The position numbers and the translations under genes are program-made. Below the pieces are notes generated by a model, which worked only from the letters and a program-made list of their open reading frames with translations, did no database searches and had not been told where the DNA came from. Positions 32,314-42,678 of a DNA stretch of 64,000 bases are shown piece by piece (position 1 is the first letter of the stretch; every line of letters starts with the position of its first letter). This DNA is from Candidatus Latescibacterota bacterium (lineage in GTDB: Bacteria; Latescibacterota; UBA2968), in assembly GCA_965116885.1 (NCBI GenBank), contig OZ220741.1, positions 32,001-96,000 on the forward strand. The letters run 5' to 3'.

Positions 32314-32418
32314 CCGAATGTTAAATATATGTTACAGGTCTTGACTTTTGCGTTGAATACTTATAATGTTGCCCGTGCTTGAGACATATTTCCACGTTTC
32401 TATTCAGCGAGGACTACA

Positions 32419-32676
32419 ATGTCAGACAAAAAACGGGTTTACTTTCAAGTGGAAGCACCCAGGGCGGGTGCTGTTGTCGTATCGGGCGACTTTAACAACT
32501 GGGAACAACGGTCTTTGAAACTCAATAAAAAGGGCCAGTGGACAACCTGGACAACGCTAACACCGGGGCGGTATGAATATCGGTATCAGATCGACGGTGA
32601 ATGGCGCAATGATCCTGAAGCACCTGCTGTACCCAATGATTTTGGGTCGGAGAACAATGTCGTGGTTGTAGGATAA
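32419..32676 (+). CDS. Stand-alone CBM48/AMPK-type glycogen-binding domain protein
   Basis: VSGDFNNW, PGRYEYRYQIDGEW..DP, FGSENN. Confidence 0.88.
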   Translation: MSDKKRVYFQVEAPRAGAVVVSGDFNNWEQRSLKLNKKGQWTTWTTLTPGRYEYRYQIDGEWRNDPEAPAVPNDFGSENNVVVVG

Positions 32677-32700
32677 AACCCACTCAAAATTCCAATACAG

Positions 32701-32742
32701 AATCGCCTGCCTCTATCTCGGGCAGGCGATTTTTGCGTTTTT
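32701..32742 (+). terminator. Intrinsic terminator
   Basis: AATCGCCTGCC/GGCAGGCGATT stem followed by T tracts. Confidence 0.75.
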
Positions 32743-32806
32743 TAACACTTTCATATATTTTCTCGTATGCGTATTTTGCACAACCATCAGGCATTGAGGA
32801 GGTATA

Positions 32807-33634
32807 ATGTATTCCAAACGCGAGCAATTAATTCAAGAGGGATTCTGTGTATTTGAAAATGTGCTCACTCCCGAGATGGTTGCGCGTACAAACGCGGTAT
32901 CCAATCGCCTGTTAGACGCGCAAGACGCCGAGTATTTTGAGGCACAAAAATCGACGGGCAGTTTGATCAGCATTTACAATGACGACTTTTTTGCCGAACT
33001 GGTCACATGGCCAAAAGCACTAAGTGCTCTGCGAGAAATGGGCTTTGATCACCCCACCTTTTCATCGGGTTTCATAATCAGCAAACCCCCGCACAGCCCA
33101 CCCCTATTCTGGCATCAGGATTGGTGGGGATGGAACGATCCCATCAGCTACGAACCCCTACCGCAACAGGTATTTTTAATGTACTATCTCGTAGATACCT
33201 CGCGTGAAAACGGGTGTTTGAGATTAATCGAAGGCTCGCACTTAAAACGACATCCCCTGCACGATCTGGCCCCCGAAGCACATACCGAAGATCTGAGGCG
33301 CGTATCTGACCCAGACCATCCGGCCTATCAGTCGTATCCCGACGAGCGCGATGTACCCGTACGCGCTGGCGACCTGGTCATCGGAGATTCGCGGTTATTG
33401 CACAGCGCACACGCCAACAAAACGGATCAGCGGCGGACAGTGATCACACTGTGGTACCACCCGATATACAACGAATTGCCCGACGGCATGCGCGCCCGCC
33501 TGGCGAACCGGCACCCGATTCCAGATTACTGGTCTGAAGAAGCCGCCCACAAAATCGTGTCCTTAATGCCCATTTACGAAGGCGATGGCGAAGAACTCGA
33601 ATGGAATCGTGTCCCAGGACCAGCGTTGGTGTGA
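32807..33634 (+). CDS. PhyH family dioxygenase
   Basis: WHQD, NGCLRLIEGSH, GDLVIGD.RLLHSAH. Confidence 0.9.
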   Translation: MYSKREQLIQEGFCVFENVLTPEMVARTNAVSNRLLDAQDAEYFEAQKSTGSLISIYNDDFFAELVTWPKALSALREMGFDHPTFSSGFIISKPPHSPPLFWHQDWWGWNDPISYEPLPQQVFLMYYLVDTSRENGCLRLIEGSHLKRHPLHDLAPEAHTEDLRRVSDPDHPAYQSYPDERDVPVRAGDLVIGDSRLLHSAHANKTDQRRTVITLWYHPIYNELPDGMRARLANRHPIPDYWSEEAAHKIVSLMPIYEGDGEELEWNRVPGPALV

Positions 33635-33639
33635 TGATT

Positions 33640-33894
33640 ATGACCAAACCAAAACTATATGAAGAAGTGGCAATAGCGCGCAACATACCGGAAGAAAACT
33701 TAAAACAGGGTGATGTTGCTGTCGTGGTCGAGTACATACCGCATCCTGCAGGTGGAGAAGAAGGGGCAATTTTAGAGATTTTTAATGCTATTGACGAATC
33801 CGTAGCCGTGGCCACAGTGCCCATCTCTGCGATTAAATCGCTGCGTGCGGATCAAGTGCTGATGGTGCGGGAGATGGCCCCTGCAGGATCGTAA
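33640..33894 (+). CDS. DUF4926-like small protein
   Basis: LYEEVAIARNIPEENLKQGDVAVVVE...LEIFNA. Confidence 0.7.
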   Translation: MTKPKLYEEVAIARNIPEENLKQGDVAVVVEYIPHPAGGEEGAILEIFNAIDESVAVATVPISAIKSLRADQVLMVREMAPAGS

Positions 33895-33914
33895 AAACCA
33901 CAAAGCGAAAAGAT

Positions 33915-34967
33915 ATGAAAATCGCCGTCCTCATCTCTGGTGGTGTCGATAGTTCGGTGGCTTTGAACATATTAAAAAACGAAGGCCACGACCTGACGGC
34001 ATTTTACTTAAAAGTATGGCTCGAAGACGAACTCGCTTTCCTGGGGGAGTGTCCCTGGGAAGCCGACCTGAAATTTGTCCGTGCCGTATGCGATCAACTC
34101 GATGTACCGCTACAAGTGATCTCCCTGCAATCGGAATACCTCGAACGCGTCGTATCTTATGCACTCGACGAACTGCGCGCTGGACGCACACCCAGTCCCG
34201 ATATATTTTGCAACCAGCGGATCAAATTTGGTGCATTCTTTGACCACATAGACAGCAGCTATGAAAAAGTGGCAACCGGGCACTACGCACAAATCGCACG
34301 GAGCAACGGAACTTATCATCTAAAACGCGCCCCCGACCCCATCAAAGATCAGACCTACTTCTTATCCGGCATGTATCAATCGCAGGTCGCGCGGGCATTA
34401 TTTCCCATCGGAAACATGATGAAAAACGAAGTGCGCCAACTCGCGCGGGATTTTGACCTGCCAAATCAAGCGCGAAAAGACAGCCAAGGAATATGCTTCT
34501 TAGGCAAAATCAGATACCCAGACTTTATCGCATTTCATCTTGGCGAAAAAAAAGGCGACATTATCGACAGAGAAACCGGACAAATCCTGGGACCTCATCG
34601 GGGCTACTATTATTACACAATTGGACAGCGGTATGGCCTGGGATTGGGCGGGGGCCCCTGGTACGTCGTGCAAAAAGATATCGAGCGCAACATCATCTAT
34701 GTATCCCACGCCACGAAGCACCAGAACACATCGCGCAACCAATTTGTCGCCACAAATCCCAATTGGATAGCAGAACCACCTGACAAAAACGCCCTGCAAT
34801 TAAAACTGCGTCACGGTCCAGAACTGATCAACTGTGAAATCGAAGCAATGAATAACAACCAATTATCCGTAACCATAGCAGAAAAAGACTCCGGCATAGC
34901 GCCCGGACAATTCGCCGTATTTTACGACGGCGACCTCTGCCTCGGTAGCGCGGTAATTAACCAATAA
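33915..34967 (+). CDS. mnmA: tRNA 2-thiouridylase
   Basis: SGGVDSS, PDIFCN, TGHYA, KDQTYFL, DSQGICF, APGQ. Confidence 0.96.
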   Translation: MKIAVLISGGVDSSVALNILKNEGHDLTAFYLKVWLEDELAFLGECPWEADLKFVRAVCDQLDVPLQVISLQSEYLERVVSYALDELRAGRTPSPDIFCNQRIKFGAFFDHIDSSYEKVATGHYAQIARSNGTYHLKRAPDPIKDQTYFLSGMYQSQVARALFPIGNMMKNEVRQLARDFDLPNQARKDSQGICFLGKIRYPDFIAFHLGEKKGDIIDRETGQILGPHRGYYYYTIGQRYGLGLGGGPWYVVQKDIERNIIYVSHATKHQNTSRNQFVATNPNWIAEPPDKNALQLKLRHGPELINCEIEAMNNNQLSVTIAEKDSGIAPGQFAVFYDGDLCLGSAVINQ

Positions 34968-34981
34968 AAGAAGAGGGTATA

Positions 34982-35731
34982 ATGAGCATTGAACAGGCGC
35001 GTGCCGCCGTTGAATCCGGCGATATAGATACATTGAAAAGACTGATGGCAGAAGATCCGCAACTGGTCAATAAAACCACAGCGGACAATCCCCGCACACT
35101 TTTGCACACCCTCTGCGACTATCCCGCACACAGACCCAGATGCCGCGAATCCGCAGAAATTTTGATACGCTCAGGTGCAGATGTCAATGCGCGGGCAAAA
35201 TTCGCGGGAAAAACCGACCCTGGCGAAACACCCCTGCATTGGGCAGCCAGCAGCGACGATGCGAAAATGATAGAAGTGCTACTCGACAGCGGTGCGGAAA
35301 TCGACATCGATGGCGGGAATATTGCAAACGGCACACCGCTCTGGGAAGCCGTGATATTCGGCATGCAAAACGCCGCGGCAAAACTGATCGAGCGCGGGGC
35401 AACCTGCAATCTGATGATCGCTGCCGGCGTGGGGCGACTGGATCTCGTTGAGAAATTTTTCGATAAGAAAGGCAATATAACCGATACGGCGGGCATTCTG
35501 CCCGGATGGTCAGAACCCCGACCTGTGCGAGACTGTATCGACAGTGCCTTCGGAATGGCATGCCGCAATGGACACCTCAAAACCGCCAGATGGTTGCTGG
35601 AAAAAAAACCGGATATCAACCGCAAAAATCCCGTTGGCGAAACGCCTCTGGATCAAGCCGTGGACAGAAAACACACCGAAGTTGCGAACTGGTTGATGAC
35701 AATTGGCGCAAAACGATCCGCAAACCTGTAA
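34982..35731 (+). CDS. Ankyrin repeat protein
   Basis: GETPLHWAA, GTPLWEA, GETPLDQA. Confidence 0.9.
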   Translation: MSIEQARAAVESGDIDTLKRLMAEDPQLVNKTTADNPRTLLHTLCDYPAHRPRCRESAEILIRSGADVNARAKFAGKTDPGETPLHWAASSDDAKMIEVLLDSGAEIDIDGGNIANGTPLWEAVIFGMQNAAAKLIERGATCNLMIAAGVGRLDLVEKFFDKKGNITDTAGILPGWSEPRPVRDCIDSAFGMACRNGHLKTARWLLEKKPDINRKNPVGETPLDQAVDRKHTEVANWLMTIGAKRSANL

Positions 35732-35757
35732 TGCCATCGCATTGAAGGAAACCCAAC

Positions 35758-36702
35758 ATGAACAAAGTAGGACTGGTACAACATCCCGATTTTCAAAAAC
35801 ACGACACAGGAGGCGCGCATCCCGAGCGACCCGAGCGACTACAAACACTACATGCCCATCTGGATGCAACGGGCTTGACAAAAGACCTCATCACACTCGA
35901 ACCCCGACATGTCGATATCTCCTATTTGGAAAAAGCGCACACCCCCGAGCACATTGCAAATGTAAAATCCCGATGTACACAGGGCATCACGTACATGGAC
36001 GATTTTGACACCAGGATCTGTCCACTATCTTTTGACATAGCCCGACTCGCTGTTGGCGCCACATTTGAAGCGATTGACGCAGTTATGGACGCACGCGTAC
36101 ACACGGCTTTTTGTGCCGTACGCCCCCCCGGACACCACGCCGAACGCAATCACGCAATGGGATTTTGTCTATTTAGCAATGCGGTCATAGCCGCGCGATA
36201 TATACAAGAAACATATTCCCTTGAACGCGTGACAATTGTAGATTGGGACGTACATCACGGCAATGGCACACAGCACATATTAGAAACTGATCCCTCGGTA
36301 TTCTTCTTTAGCATCCACCAATACCCCCATTATCCCGGCACGGGGCGGGATGACGAAACAGGTATTGGCGCAGGAGAAGGATTCACACTAAATGCACCCG
36401 TGCCCGCAGGCAGCGATGACGCAGTGTACTTGCGTATATTCGACGACGTATTTTTACCCGCTATGAACGCATTTAAACCGCAATTTGTCATTATCTCCGC
36501 TGGATTTGACGCGCATCGGTCCGATCCCTTATCGGCCACTCAAGTGACGGAATCCGGTTTTGCCGAAATGACAAAACGCGTGATGGCTGTCGCACAAGAT
36601 CACGCAGAAGGACGGTTAATCTCCCTCCTGGAAGGCGGGTATGATCTGGGTGGCCTCTCGCGCAGCGTCGAATCCCATATAAAGGAACTCATGAATGGGT
36701 AA
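35758..36702 (+). CDS. Histone deacetylase family amidohydrolase
   Basis: HPERPER, RPPGHHA, GFC, DWDVHHGNGT, SAGFD, LEGGY. Confidence 0.94.
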   Translation: MNKVGLVQHPDFQKHDTGGAHPERPERLQTLHAHLDATGLTKDLITLEPRHVDISYLEKAHTPEHIANVKSRCTQGITYMDDFDTRICPLSFDIARLAVGATFEAIDAVMDARVHTAFCAVRPPGHHAERNHAMGFCLFSNAVIAARYIQETYSLERVTIVDWDVHHGNGTQHILETDPSVFFFSIHQYPHYPGTGRDDETGIGAGEGFTLNAPVPAGSDDAVYLRIFDDVFLPAMNAFKPQFVIISAGFDAHRSDPLSATQVTESGFAEMTKRVMAVAQDHAEGRLISLLEGGYDLGGLSRSVESHIKELMNG

Positions 36703-37582
36703 TACGAAAAAAGTTGTAGCATTTCAAGGTGAACCCGGTGCATTCAGTGAAATGGCCGCGCGCTCGTACTTTGGCAAAGACGTCGAAGTCGTACCGCAAC
36801 GCAATTTCTCAGCCCTGTTTGCCGCCGTCGAACACGAAGAATGTACACACGGCATGGTACCCATTGAAAATTCATTAATGGGCAGCATCCACGAAAATTA
36901 CGATCACCTGTCGGCGCACCATTTACAGATCGTCGGCGAACTGAAGTTGCGCATCGTACACAATCTAATTGTAAACCCCGGAGTAAAATTAGAAGACATC
37001 CGCCATATCTATTCCCAGGCACCAGCACTGGCGCAATGTACGCAATTCACTGCATCTCTATCGCAAGCCGAAACAGTTATGACCTCCGACACCGCAGGAG
37101 CCGTAAAAGCTTTGAAAACATCGGGCGCACGCGATGCGGCTGCAATAGCGAGTGCCCAGGCAGCCTGGGATTACGATCTGGAAATTTTGCAGACGGGTAT
37201 TGAAGACGACCATCAAAACTACACGCGATTTTTAGTCGTCACATCCGAAGCGCTATCACCTGAAAATCCAGACATCCAAATGCCCGCAAAAACATCGATC
37301 GTATTCGCCATGAAAAACGTGCCCGGCGCATTGTTTAAAAGTCTAAGCGTATTTGCATTGCGCGACCTCAACCTGCTCAAAATCGAATCTCGCCCCCTCG
37401 CGGGCAAACCCTGGGAATACGCCTTCTCGCTCGACTTTGAGGGCCATATCCATCAAGAACCCTGTGCCCGCGCCATTGAACACCTGCGCGAAATCGCCAC
37501 CTTTGTAAAAATTCTCGGTTCTTATCGACAAGGGGACATGGTCGAAGGCAAAGTTTGGAAACGCGAAAAAAATAAAGTATGA
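36695..37582 (+). CDS. pheA: Prephenate dehydratase
   Basis: GEPGAFSE, PIENS, NYTRF, ACT domain KIESRP. Confidence 0.92.
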   Translation: MGNTKKVVAFQGEPGAFSEMAARSYFGKDVEVVPQRNFSALFAAVEHEECTHGMVPIENSLMGSIHENYDHLSAHHLQIVGELKLRIVHNLIVNPGVKLEDIRHIYSQAPALAQCTQFTASLSQAETVMTSDTAGAVKALKTSGARDAAAIASAQAAWDYDLEILQTGIEDDHQNYTRFLVVTSEALSPENPDIQMPAKTSIVFAMKNVPGALFKSLSVFALRDLNLLKIESRPLAGKPWEYAFSLDFEGHIHQEPCARAIEHLREIATFVKILGSYRQGDMVEGKVWKREKNKV

Positions 37583-39720
37583 AAGGATTCTACATGGCAA
37601 GCCAAAGGTACAAAAACCTGTATGCACAAATAGAAACATCATTGCGAGAAAAACCAAAACGCACACAACTCTACAACGCAGTCAAACGGGCGCGAGATGC
37701 GCGACGCACGGCAATTGATATTTTGCCACAAGGAGAGGCATTTCGCAAAGAAGTCCGCGACATCAAAGTGCGGTGCCTGCACAATCTGGACGACCTGGTC
37801 GATCAATTTGCCGCAAAAGTTGAATCGCGCGGAGCAAAAGTATTTCTCGCAAAAGACGGTGCTGCTGCGATTGACTATATCTTAAAACTATCAGCAGAGA
37901 AAAACGCCGAGACCGTGGCAAAATCAAAATCGCTAACAAGCGAAGAGATTGAAGTCAATCACCCGATGGAGGACGCGGGCTTAGAAGTCATAGAAACCGA
38001 CCTCGGCGAGCTTATTATCCAGAAAGTCCACGAAAAACCATTCCATCTCGTATTTCCCGCTGTCCATAAAACCGCAGTTGAAGTAGCCGAAATATTCAAA
38101 AAAGAAACAGGTGAAGACGTCCCCAACGATGTAGATGCCATCATGAAAATCGTGCGCAAATACCTGCGACCGATTTTTCTCAACGCCGACATCGGCATGA
38201 CAGGCGCGAACGTGGGCGTCGCCGAATCCGGCACAATCCTGATCGAAACCAACGAAGGCAATGCCCGTCTCGTATCGAGCATCCCCGATGTACACATCTG
38301 CATTATGGGACGCGAAAAAGTAGTGGAAACAGTAGAAGACGCATTGCAAATGATGCTGGCGCATCCCGTCAGCGCAGTCGGCCAACACACGACAACCTAT
38401 GTAACCTGGATGAGTGGCAGATCGCCCCTGGGCGAGGGAGAGGGACGCGCGCCGCGAGAATCGCATATCATCATCCTGGACAATGGCCGAACCAGAATGC
38501 AAGAAGACCCCCTCTTCTCAGACGCGCTCAACTGCATCCGCTGCGGCGCCTGCATGAATATCTGCCCGACATACGGCGTAGTCGGCGGCCATGCATTTGG
38601 ATACATATACCCCGGACCGATAGGCATACCGTGGACAGCTGAAGTTCACGGCGTGGATAAAGCTGGCGACTTCGCCCCACTGTGTATTTCGTGTGGATTG
38701 TGCAAAGAAATATGTCCAGCAGAAATCGACATCCCAATGATGATAGCCGGGGTAAAAGACCGCGACAGCGAAGCCAATCCGCATCCACGCGTCAACAAAA
38801 TGCTGATGGCCGCTGAAAAAGCCGCAAAAATGAGCAGTTTGACAGCACCCATATCCAACTGGATGATGGACAATGGACTGGTGCGATGGGCAATGGAAAA
38901 AGTGATGGGCATTGACCGGCGGCGCCAGCTACCCAAATTCAGCCGAAAAACACTCGTAAAACGCTTCGCAAAACGCGGGCCATCTCCCGTAGCGAATCCC
39001 ATTCGCAAAGTGGCTTTTTTCACAGACCTGTTTGCCAATTACAACGACCCCGACCTGGGAATGGCGGCAATTGAACGACTGGAAGCACTCGGTTGCGAAG
39101 TCATCATCCCCCCGCAAAAAAGCAGCGGATACCCCTACATCGGCTACGGCGACCTGAAAAACGCGAAAAAAATTGCACGCGAGAACGTAGATCTCCTCCT
39201 CCCCTATATACAGCAGGGCTATGAGGTGGTTGCAACAGAACCCACGGCAGCGTATTGCCTGAAAATCTCATACCCCAAATTGCTCGATAAAGCAGACGAC
39301 GCCGTCTCTGTCGCCGAGCACACATACGAGTTTTTCGAGTTCCTATCCCTGCTCGAAAGCAATATTTCAGATGAAGAGCAAAATACCCTACGCGGACGCG
39401 CATTTGGATTCCACATCCCCTGCCACCAGCGTCCCCTGGGAGCGGGAGAACACGCAATGGCATTCTTGCGCCAGCGCGGTGCAGACGTCGCCCTCATCGA
39501 AACGGGCACCTGTTGTGGCATGGCGGGAACATTTGGCCTGAAAGCCGGACCACTCGGCTACGAACTCGCACAGGCTGTTGGAGAACCACTCTTCGAAGGC
39601 TTCCGCGAAGCCGATGTAGAAGCCATCGTCACAGAAAGCAGCGTGTGCGCCATCCACCTATCTGAAGGAACTGAACTCGAAGTCTGGCATCCCTTAAATC
39701 TGCTTCGTCTCCTGGAATAG
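37579..39720 (+). CDS. LUD-domain/4Fe-4S protein (LutB/LldF-like) fused to CCG domains
   Basis: KSKS, ETDLGE, NEGNARL, CIRCGACMNIC, CISCGLCKEICP, CCGMAG. Confidence 0.85.
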   Translation: MKGFYMASQRYKNLYAQIETSLREKPKRTQLYNAVKRARDARRTAIDILPQGEAFRKEVRDIKVRCLHNLDDLVDQFAAKVESRGAKVFLAKDGAAAIDYILKLSAEKNAETVAKSKSLTSEEIEVNHPMEDAGLEVIETDLGELIIQKVHEKPFHLVFPAVHKTAVEVAEIFKKETGEDVPNDVDAIMKIVRKYLRPIFLNADIGMTGANVGVAESGTILIETNEGNARLVSSIPDVHICIMGREKVVETVEDALQMMLAHPVSAVGQHTTTYVTWMSGRSPLGEGEGRAPRESHIIILDNGRTRMQEDPLFSDALNCIRCGACMNICPTYGVVGGHAFGYIYPGPIGIPWTAEVHGVDKAGDFAPLCISCGLCKEICPAEIDIPMMIAGVKDRDSEANPHPRVNKMLMAAEKAAKMSSLTAPISNWMMDNGLVRWAMEKVMGIDRRRQLPKFSRKTLVKRFAKRGPSPVANPIRKVAFFTDLFANYNDPDLGMAAIERLEALGCEVIIPPQKSSGYPYIGYGDLKNAKKIARENVDLLLPYIQQGYEVVATEPTAAYCLKISYPKLLDKADDAVSVAEHTYEFFEFLSLLESNISDEEQNTLRGRAFGFHIPCHQRPLGAGEHAMAFLRQRGADVALIETGTCCGMAGTFGLKAGPLGYELAQAVGEPLFEGFREADVEAIVTESSVCAIHLSEGTELEVWHPLNLLRLLE

Positions 39721-39744
39721 ATCATATCCTGTCCTGTAGGACCT

Positions 39745-39811
39745 ACCCCCCTAACCCCCCTTCCTGCGAGGAAGGGGGGATCATGTCTCCCCTCTTCGTC
39801 TCGGGGAGAGG
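39745..39811. repeat. REP-like GC-rich double hairpin
   Basis: CCCCCCTTCCT-GCG-AGGAAGGGGGG (39755-39779) and TCTCCCC..GGGGAGA (39786-39809). Confidence 0.6.
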
Positions 39812-39844
39812 TCAGAATTATTTTTGAAACAATTCAAAAAAAAC

Positions 39845-39883
39845 TTGCATTTTAACACAAGTGTATTATATTAGTAATACAGT
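39845..39883 (+). promoter_or_regulatory. Promoter with YtrA-type operator palindrome
   Basis: TTGCAT at 39845 and TATATT at 39867; TGTATTA-N6-TAATACA at 39862-39881 overlaps the -10 region, just upstream of the GntR gene. Confidence 0.7.
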
Positions 39884-39908
39884 AATTCACTTATTGAGAG
39901 AATACCTC

Positions 39909-40304
39909 ATGTTGATCTCGATTGACCACCACAATGGCATACCCGTTTTTCGCCAGATCATCGACCAGGTGAAATTCCACGTAGTCAGCGGGCTACTCGC
40001 GCCGGGAGACGAATTGCCCTCGACCCGTGCATTATCGGGACAACTGGGACTCAACCCAATGACAGTAAGCAAAGCGTACAGCCTGTTGGAAGCAGAGGGA
40101 TTGGTCGAGCGGCGGCGCGGACGACCTTTAACCGTAAAACCCTTACGAGATCAGACCGTACACGCTGAAAAACTGGCACAACTCAAACCACAACTCACGC
40201 AATTGGCAACAATGGTTCGGCAGTTGGGGATTGATCGGGCGGAAGTCGTAGATCTTTTTCTCTCCATCTTAGATACCCTGGAGGAAGACAATGATGGCAC
40301 ATAA
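39909..40304 (+). CDS. GntR family regulator, YtrA subfamily
   Basis: PVFRQI...PGDELPSTRALS.QLGLNPMTVSKAY; short C-terminus; precedes an ABC ATPase. Confidence 0.9.
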   Translation: MLISIDHHNGIPVFRQIIDQVKFHVVSGLLAPGDELPSTRALSGQLGLNPMTVSKAYSLLEAEGLVERRRGRPLTVKPLRDQTVHAEKLAQLKPQLTQLATMVRQLGIDRAEVVDLFLSILDTLEEDNDGT

Positions 40305-41184
40305 CCAGACATCTGTATTTGAAGCCACATCTTTAACTAAAAAATTCAGTGACACCACAGCGCTCAACTCCGTAACGCTCTCTCTCGGGGCGCATCGCGT
40401 AATTGGATTGATCGGACGCAATGGCGGAGGCAAAACCACCTTGATCCAGCACATGATCGGCCTGTATTTGCCCACAGAGGGAACGTGTCAAACACTGGGA
40501 CAAACGTGTGATCAGTTGGGGGCAAACGAACTCTCGCGCATAGGCGTAGTACACCAGGAAAATCGCTTTTTTGAATGGATGACCGTCAAACAGCATCTGC
40601 GCTATGTGTCCTCATTTTACGAAATATGGGACCGCGACCTGGAAGCGCATCTGCTGCGCGAACTCGAACTGGAAACCTCCGCGCGCGTGGGCAACCTGTC
40701 TTCGGGGAATATGCAAAAATTGGGAATCATTCTGGCAGTATGTCATCATCCCGAATTATTGATCTTAGATGAGCCGGTCAGTGGCCTGGACCCTATCGCG
40801 AGAGAGACATTGTTGAAATTTCTAATGACACTCCTATCTGAAGACGAAAACACAATCGTGATCTCCTCCCACATTCTGCGGGACATCGAAAAAATAGTAG
40901 ATTGGGTCGTATGCCTCGACGAAGGTGTGGTCAAAGCCGACAAATCACTGGACGATCTGCACCAGACCTACGCAAAATGGACAGTCACAGGAAACAATCT
41001 GCCCCAGCAATTTTCTGAACCTTATATCCTGTCGCAAACAGTGAACGGAGTACAGGCACAATTGATCGTCAACCAGACACTGGGCAACGCAGACCAATTC
41101 AAACAGACTTATCAGGCTGATGTCACCAGTCAGTCCCTGAACCTCGACCAGCTATTTCCCATCCTGATTCGGGAGGGCGCGTAA
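40291..41184 (+). CDS. ABC transporter ATP-binding protein (YtrB/CcmA-like)
   Basis: GRNGGGKTT, LSSGN, LDEPVSGLD, SSH. Confidence 0.92.
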   Translation: MMAHNQTSVFEATSLTKKFSDTTALNSVTLSLGAHRVIGLIGRNGGGKTTLIQHMIGLYLPTEGTCQTLGQTCDQLGANELSRIGVVHQENRFFEWMTVKQHLRYVSSFYEIWDRDLEAHLLRELELETSARVGNLSSGNMQKLGIILAVCHHPELLILDEPVSGLDPIARETLLKFLMTLLSEDENTIVISSHILRDIEKIVDWVVCLDEGVVKADKSLDDLHQTYAKWTVTGNNLPQQFSEPYILSQTVNGVQAQLIVNQTLGNADQFKQTYQADVTSQSLNLDQLFPILIREGA

Positions 41185-42650
41185 TGGGTATTCTTCCATT
41201 TTTCACATTTTGGCGAAGCCCCGTTTACATTATCATCGCCTCTTGTGTAGGCTGGTTTCTCTTCCAAAACGCGCTGTCTTCCCACGCACATCAGTTCTCT
41301 GTATTCTTTTTATTTTTCTTTATTGAACTTTACGGTGGGATTATTGGCGATATTGTAGGAGAGAACCAGCATCGGATGCTCACATGGACCCTGCCACATT
41401 TTCGCAAGCGTCTTATGATCTGGTCAATAATTGTCGGACTATTTTCCGTTGTGGCGTGGACGATTGTGCTGACTTATGCACCCCTCAATGCGTCCTGGTC
41501 AACGATTTTGCTCCTGAATATGTGCCTCTATTGTTTGGGATTTACCCTTTTTGGGGGATGGAGTTTAGATACTAATCGCCCCGGGTTGATTTACAAGTGT
41601 CGAGTTCCCCTCTCATTGCTGGTGTTGGCATTAGCCTATTTGTGGCAAGAGGTGCTCGCTTTTGGAGAGCAACAAAAGTTGGGATTGGCTCTCATCGCAT
41701 TCGCTATCGCAATTGGAACTCATTATTTCGCCTTTAACCAGACAGCTTTTCGCAGTAGGCCATTTTCTTTTTTTGTTGGTTCATTCTACTCGGGTTTTGA
41801 TCCTCAAACCCGGGAGATTCAAAAGAATGCAATGAAGATGCGAAAGACGAGTACCAGGGTATGGCATATCGATCACATCGGTACAGGCATCTTCAACTGG
41901 CTGCGTGCCGGTCAGTACGAAAATTCTGGTCTGGGCGGGTGGAGATGGCCACTTTCCGCGTTTGGCGCAGCATTGGTAATGGTATTCATTTTTTTGAGCA
42001 TGGAGACGAATTTCTTAGGATTGTTGGGTCAATCTCCCTACGATTTTGAGACCGTCTCGAAAATGATTTATCACATGATCTTTTATTGTGACCAGTTAGA
42101 TCCCAAGATCGCCCTTAATATATCGTTTTCTGTGTGCTTCGGCATTTATATGTTTATTTTTTTCTCTGCTTTTTTCTTAAAAAGAGGGTATGTCTATCCG
42201 CTTTCCCGCACCCAGCGGATGCGAATTCAGTATTGCGATTTGCTGGTGCAAAATATTTCTTTTATTGCCGCATCTATTCTGGTGTTGGGCGTTCTGGGCA
42301 TCCTATCTGGAGCAAAGGTTGGGTTTGTGTCTGAAGGAAATATTTCTCTGGGAATACTTCGCGTTTTTGGATGGGTAGTGGTTCTGATACCGATATTTCA
42401 GTGGTTGCAAGTCAAATATGACCTGTATGAATTTCAAAGAATGCTGAGACATCGGTGGAGGTTCGCTCTTGTGTTACTGATCATGATTTTGAGTATTGGA
42501 ATCGCTGGTTTTACCAGTCTGATGCGTGTCTGGTATCCCGATTTGATGCTGATCTATGAAGTGCCAATCCTATTTGTCTGTTTTATTCTCTTGCAATGGT
42601 TCCTATTGGCTCGGCTCAAACGGTATTATGCGACACAGGATCTGGTATAG
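41184..42650 (+). CDS. Multi-pass membrane protein, putative ABC permease (copy 1)
   Basis: About 12 TM segments; TAATG-coupled to the ATPase; paralogous to 43628-45112. Confidence 0.75.
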   Translation: MGILPFFTFWRSPVYIIIASCVGWFLFQNALSSHAHQFSVFFLFFFIELYGGIIGDIVGENQHRMLTWTLPHFRKRLMIWSIIVGLFSVVAWTIVLTYAPLNASWSTILLLNMCLYCLGFTLFGGWSLDTNRPGLIYKCRVPLSLLVLALAYLWQEVLAFGEQQKLGLALIAFAIAIGTHYFAFNQTAFRSRPFSFFVGSFYSGFDPQTREIQKNAMKMRKTSTRVWHIDHIGTGIFNWLRAGQYENSGLGGWRWPLSAFGAALVMVFIFLSMETNFLGLLGQSPYDFETVSKMIYHMIFYCDQLDPKIALNISFSVCFGIYMFIFFSAFFLKRGYVYPLSRTQRMRIQYCDLLVQNISFIAASILVLGVLGILSGAKVGFVSEGNISLGILRVFGWVVVLIPIFQWLQVKYDLYEFQRMLRHRWRFALVLLIMILSIGIAGFTSLMRVWYPDLMLIYEVPILFVCFILLQWFLLARLKRYYATQDLV

Positions 42651-42678
42651 ATTTAACCTTATCAACAAGGAAGAAGAG

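Noticed and set aside
32341..32367. TTGACT...TATAAT promoter upstream of the CBM48 gene
   Set aside because: Spacer is only 15 nt; plausible but not supportable.
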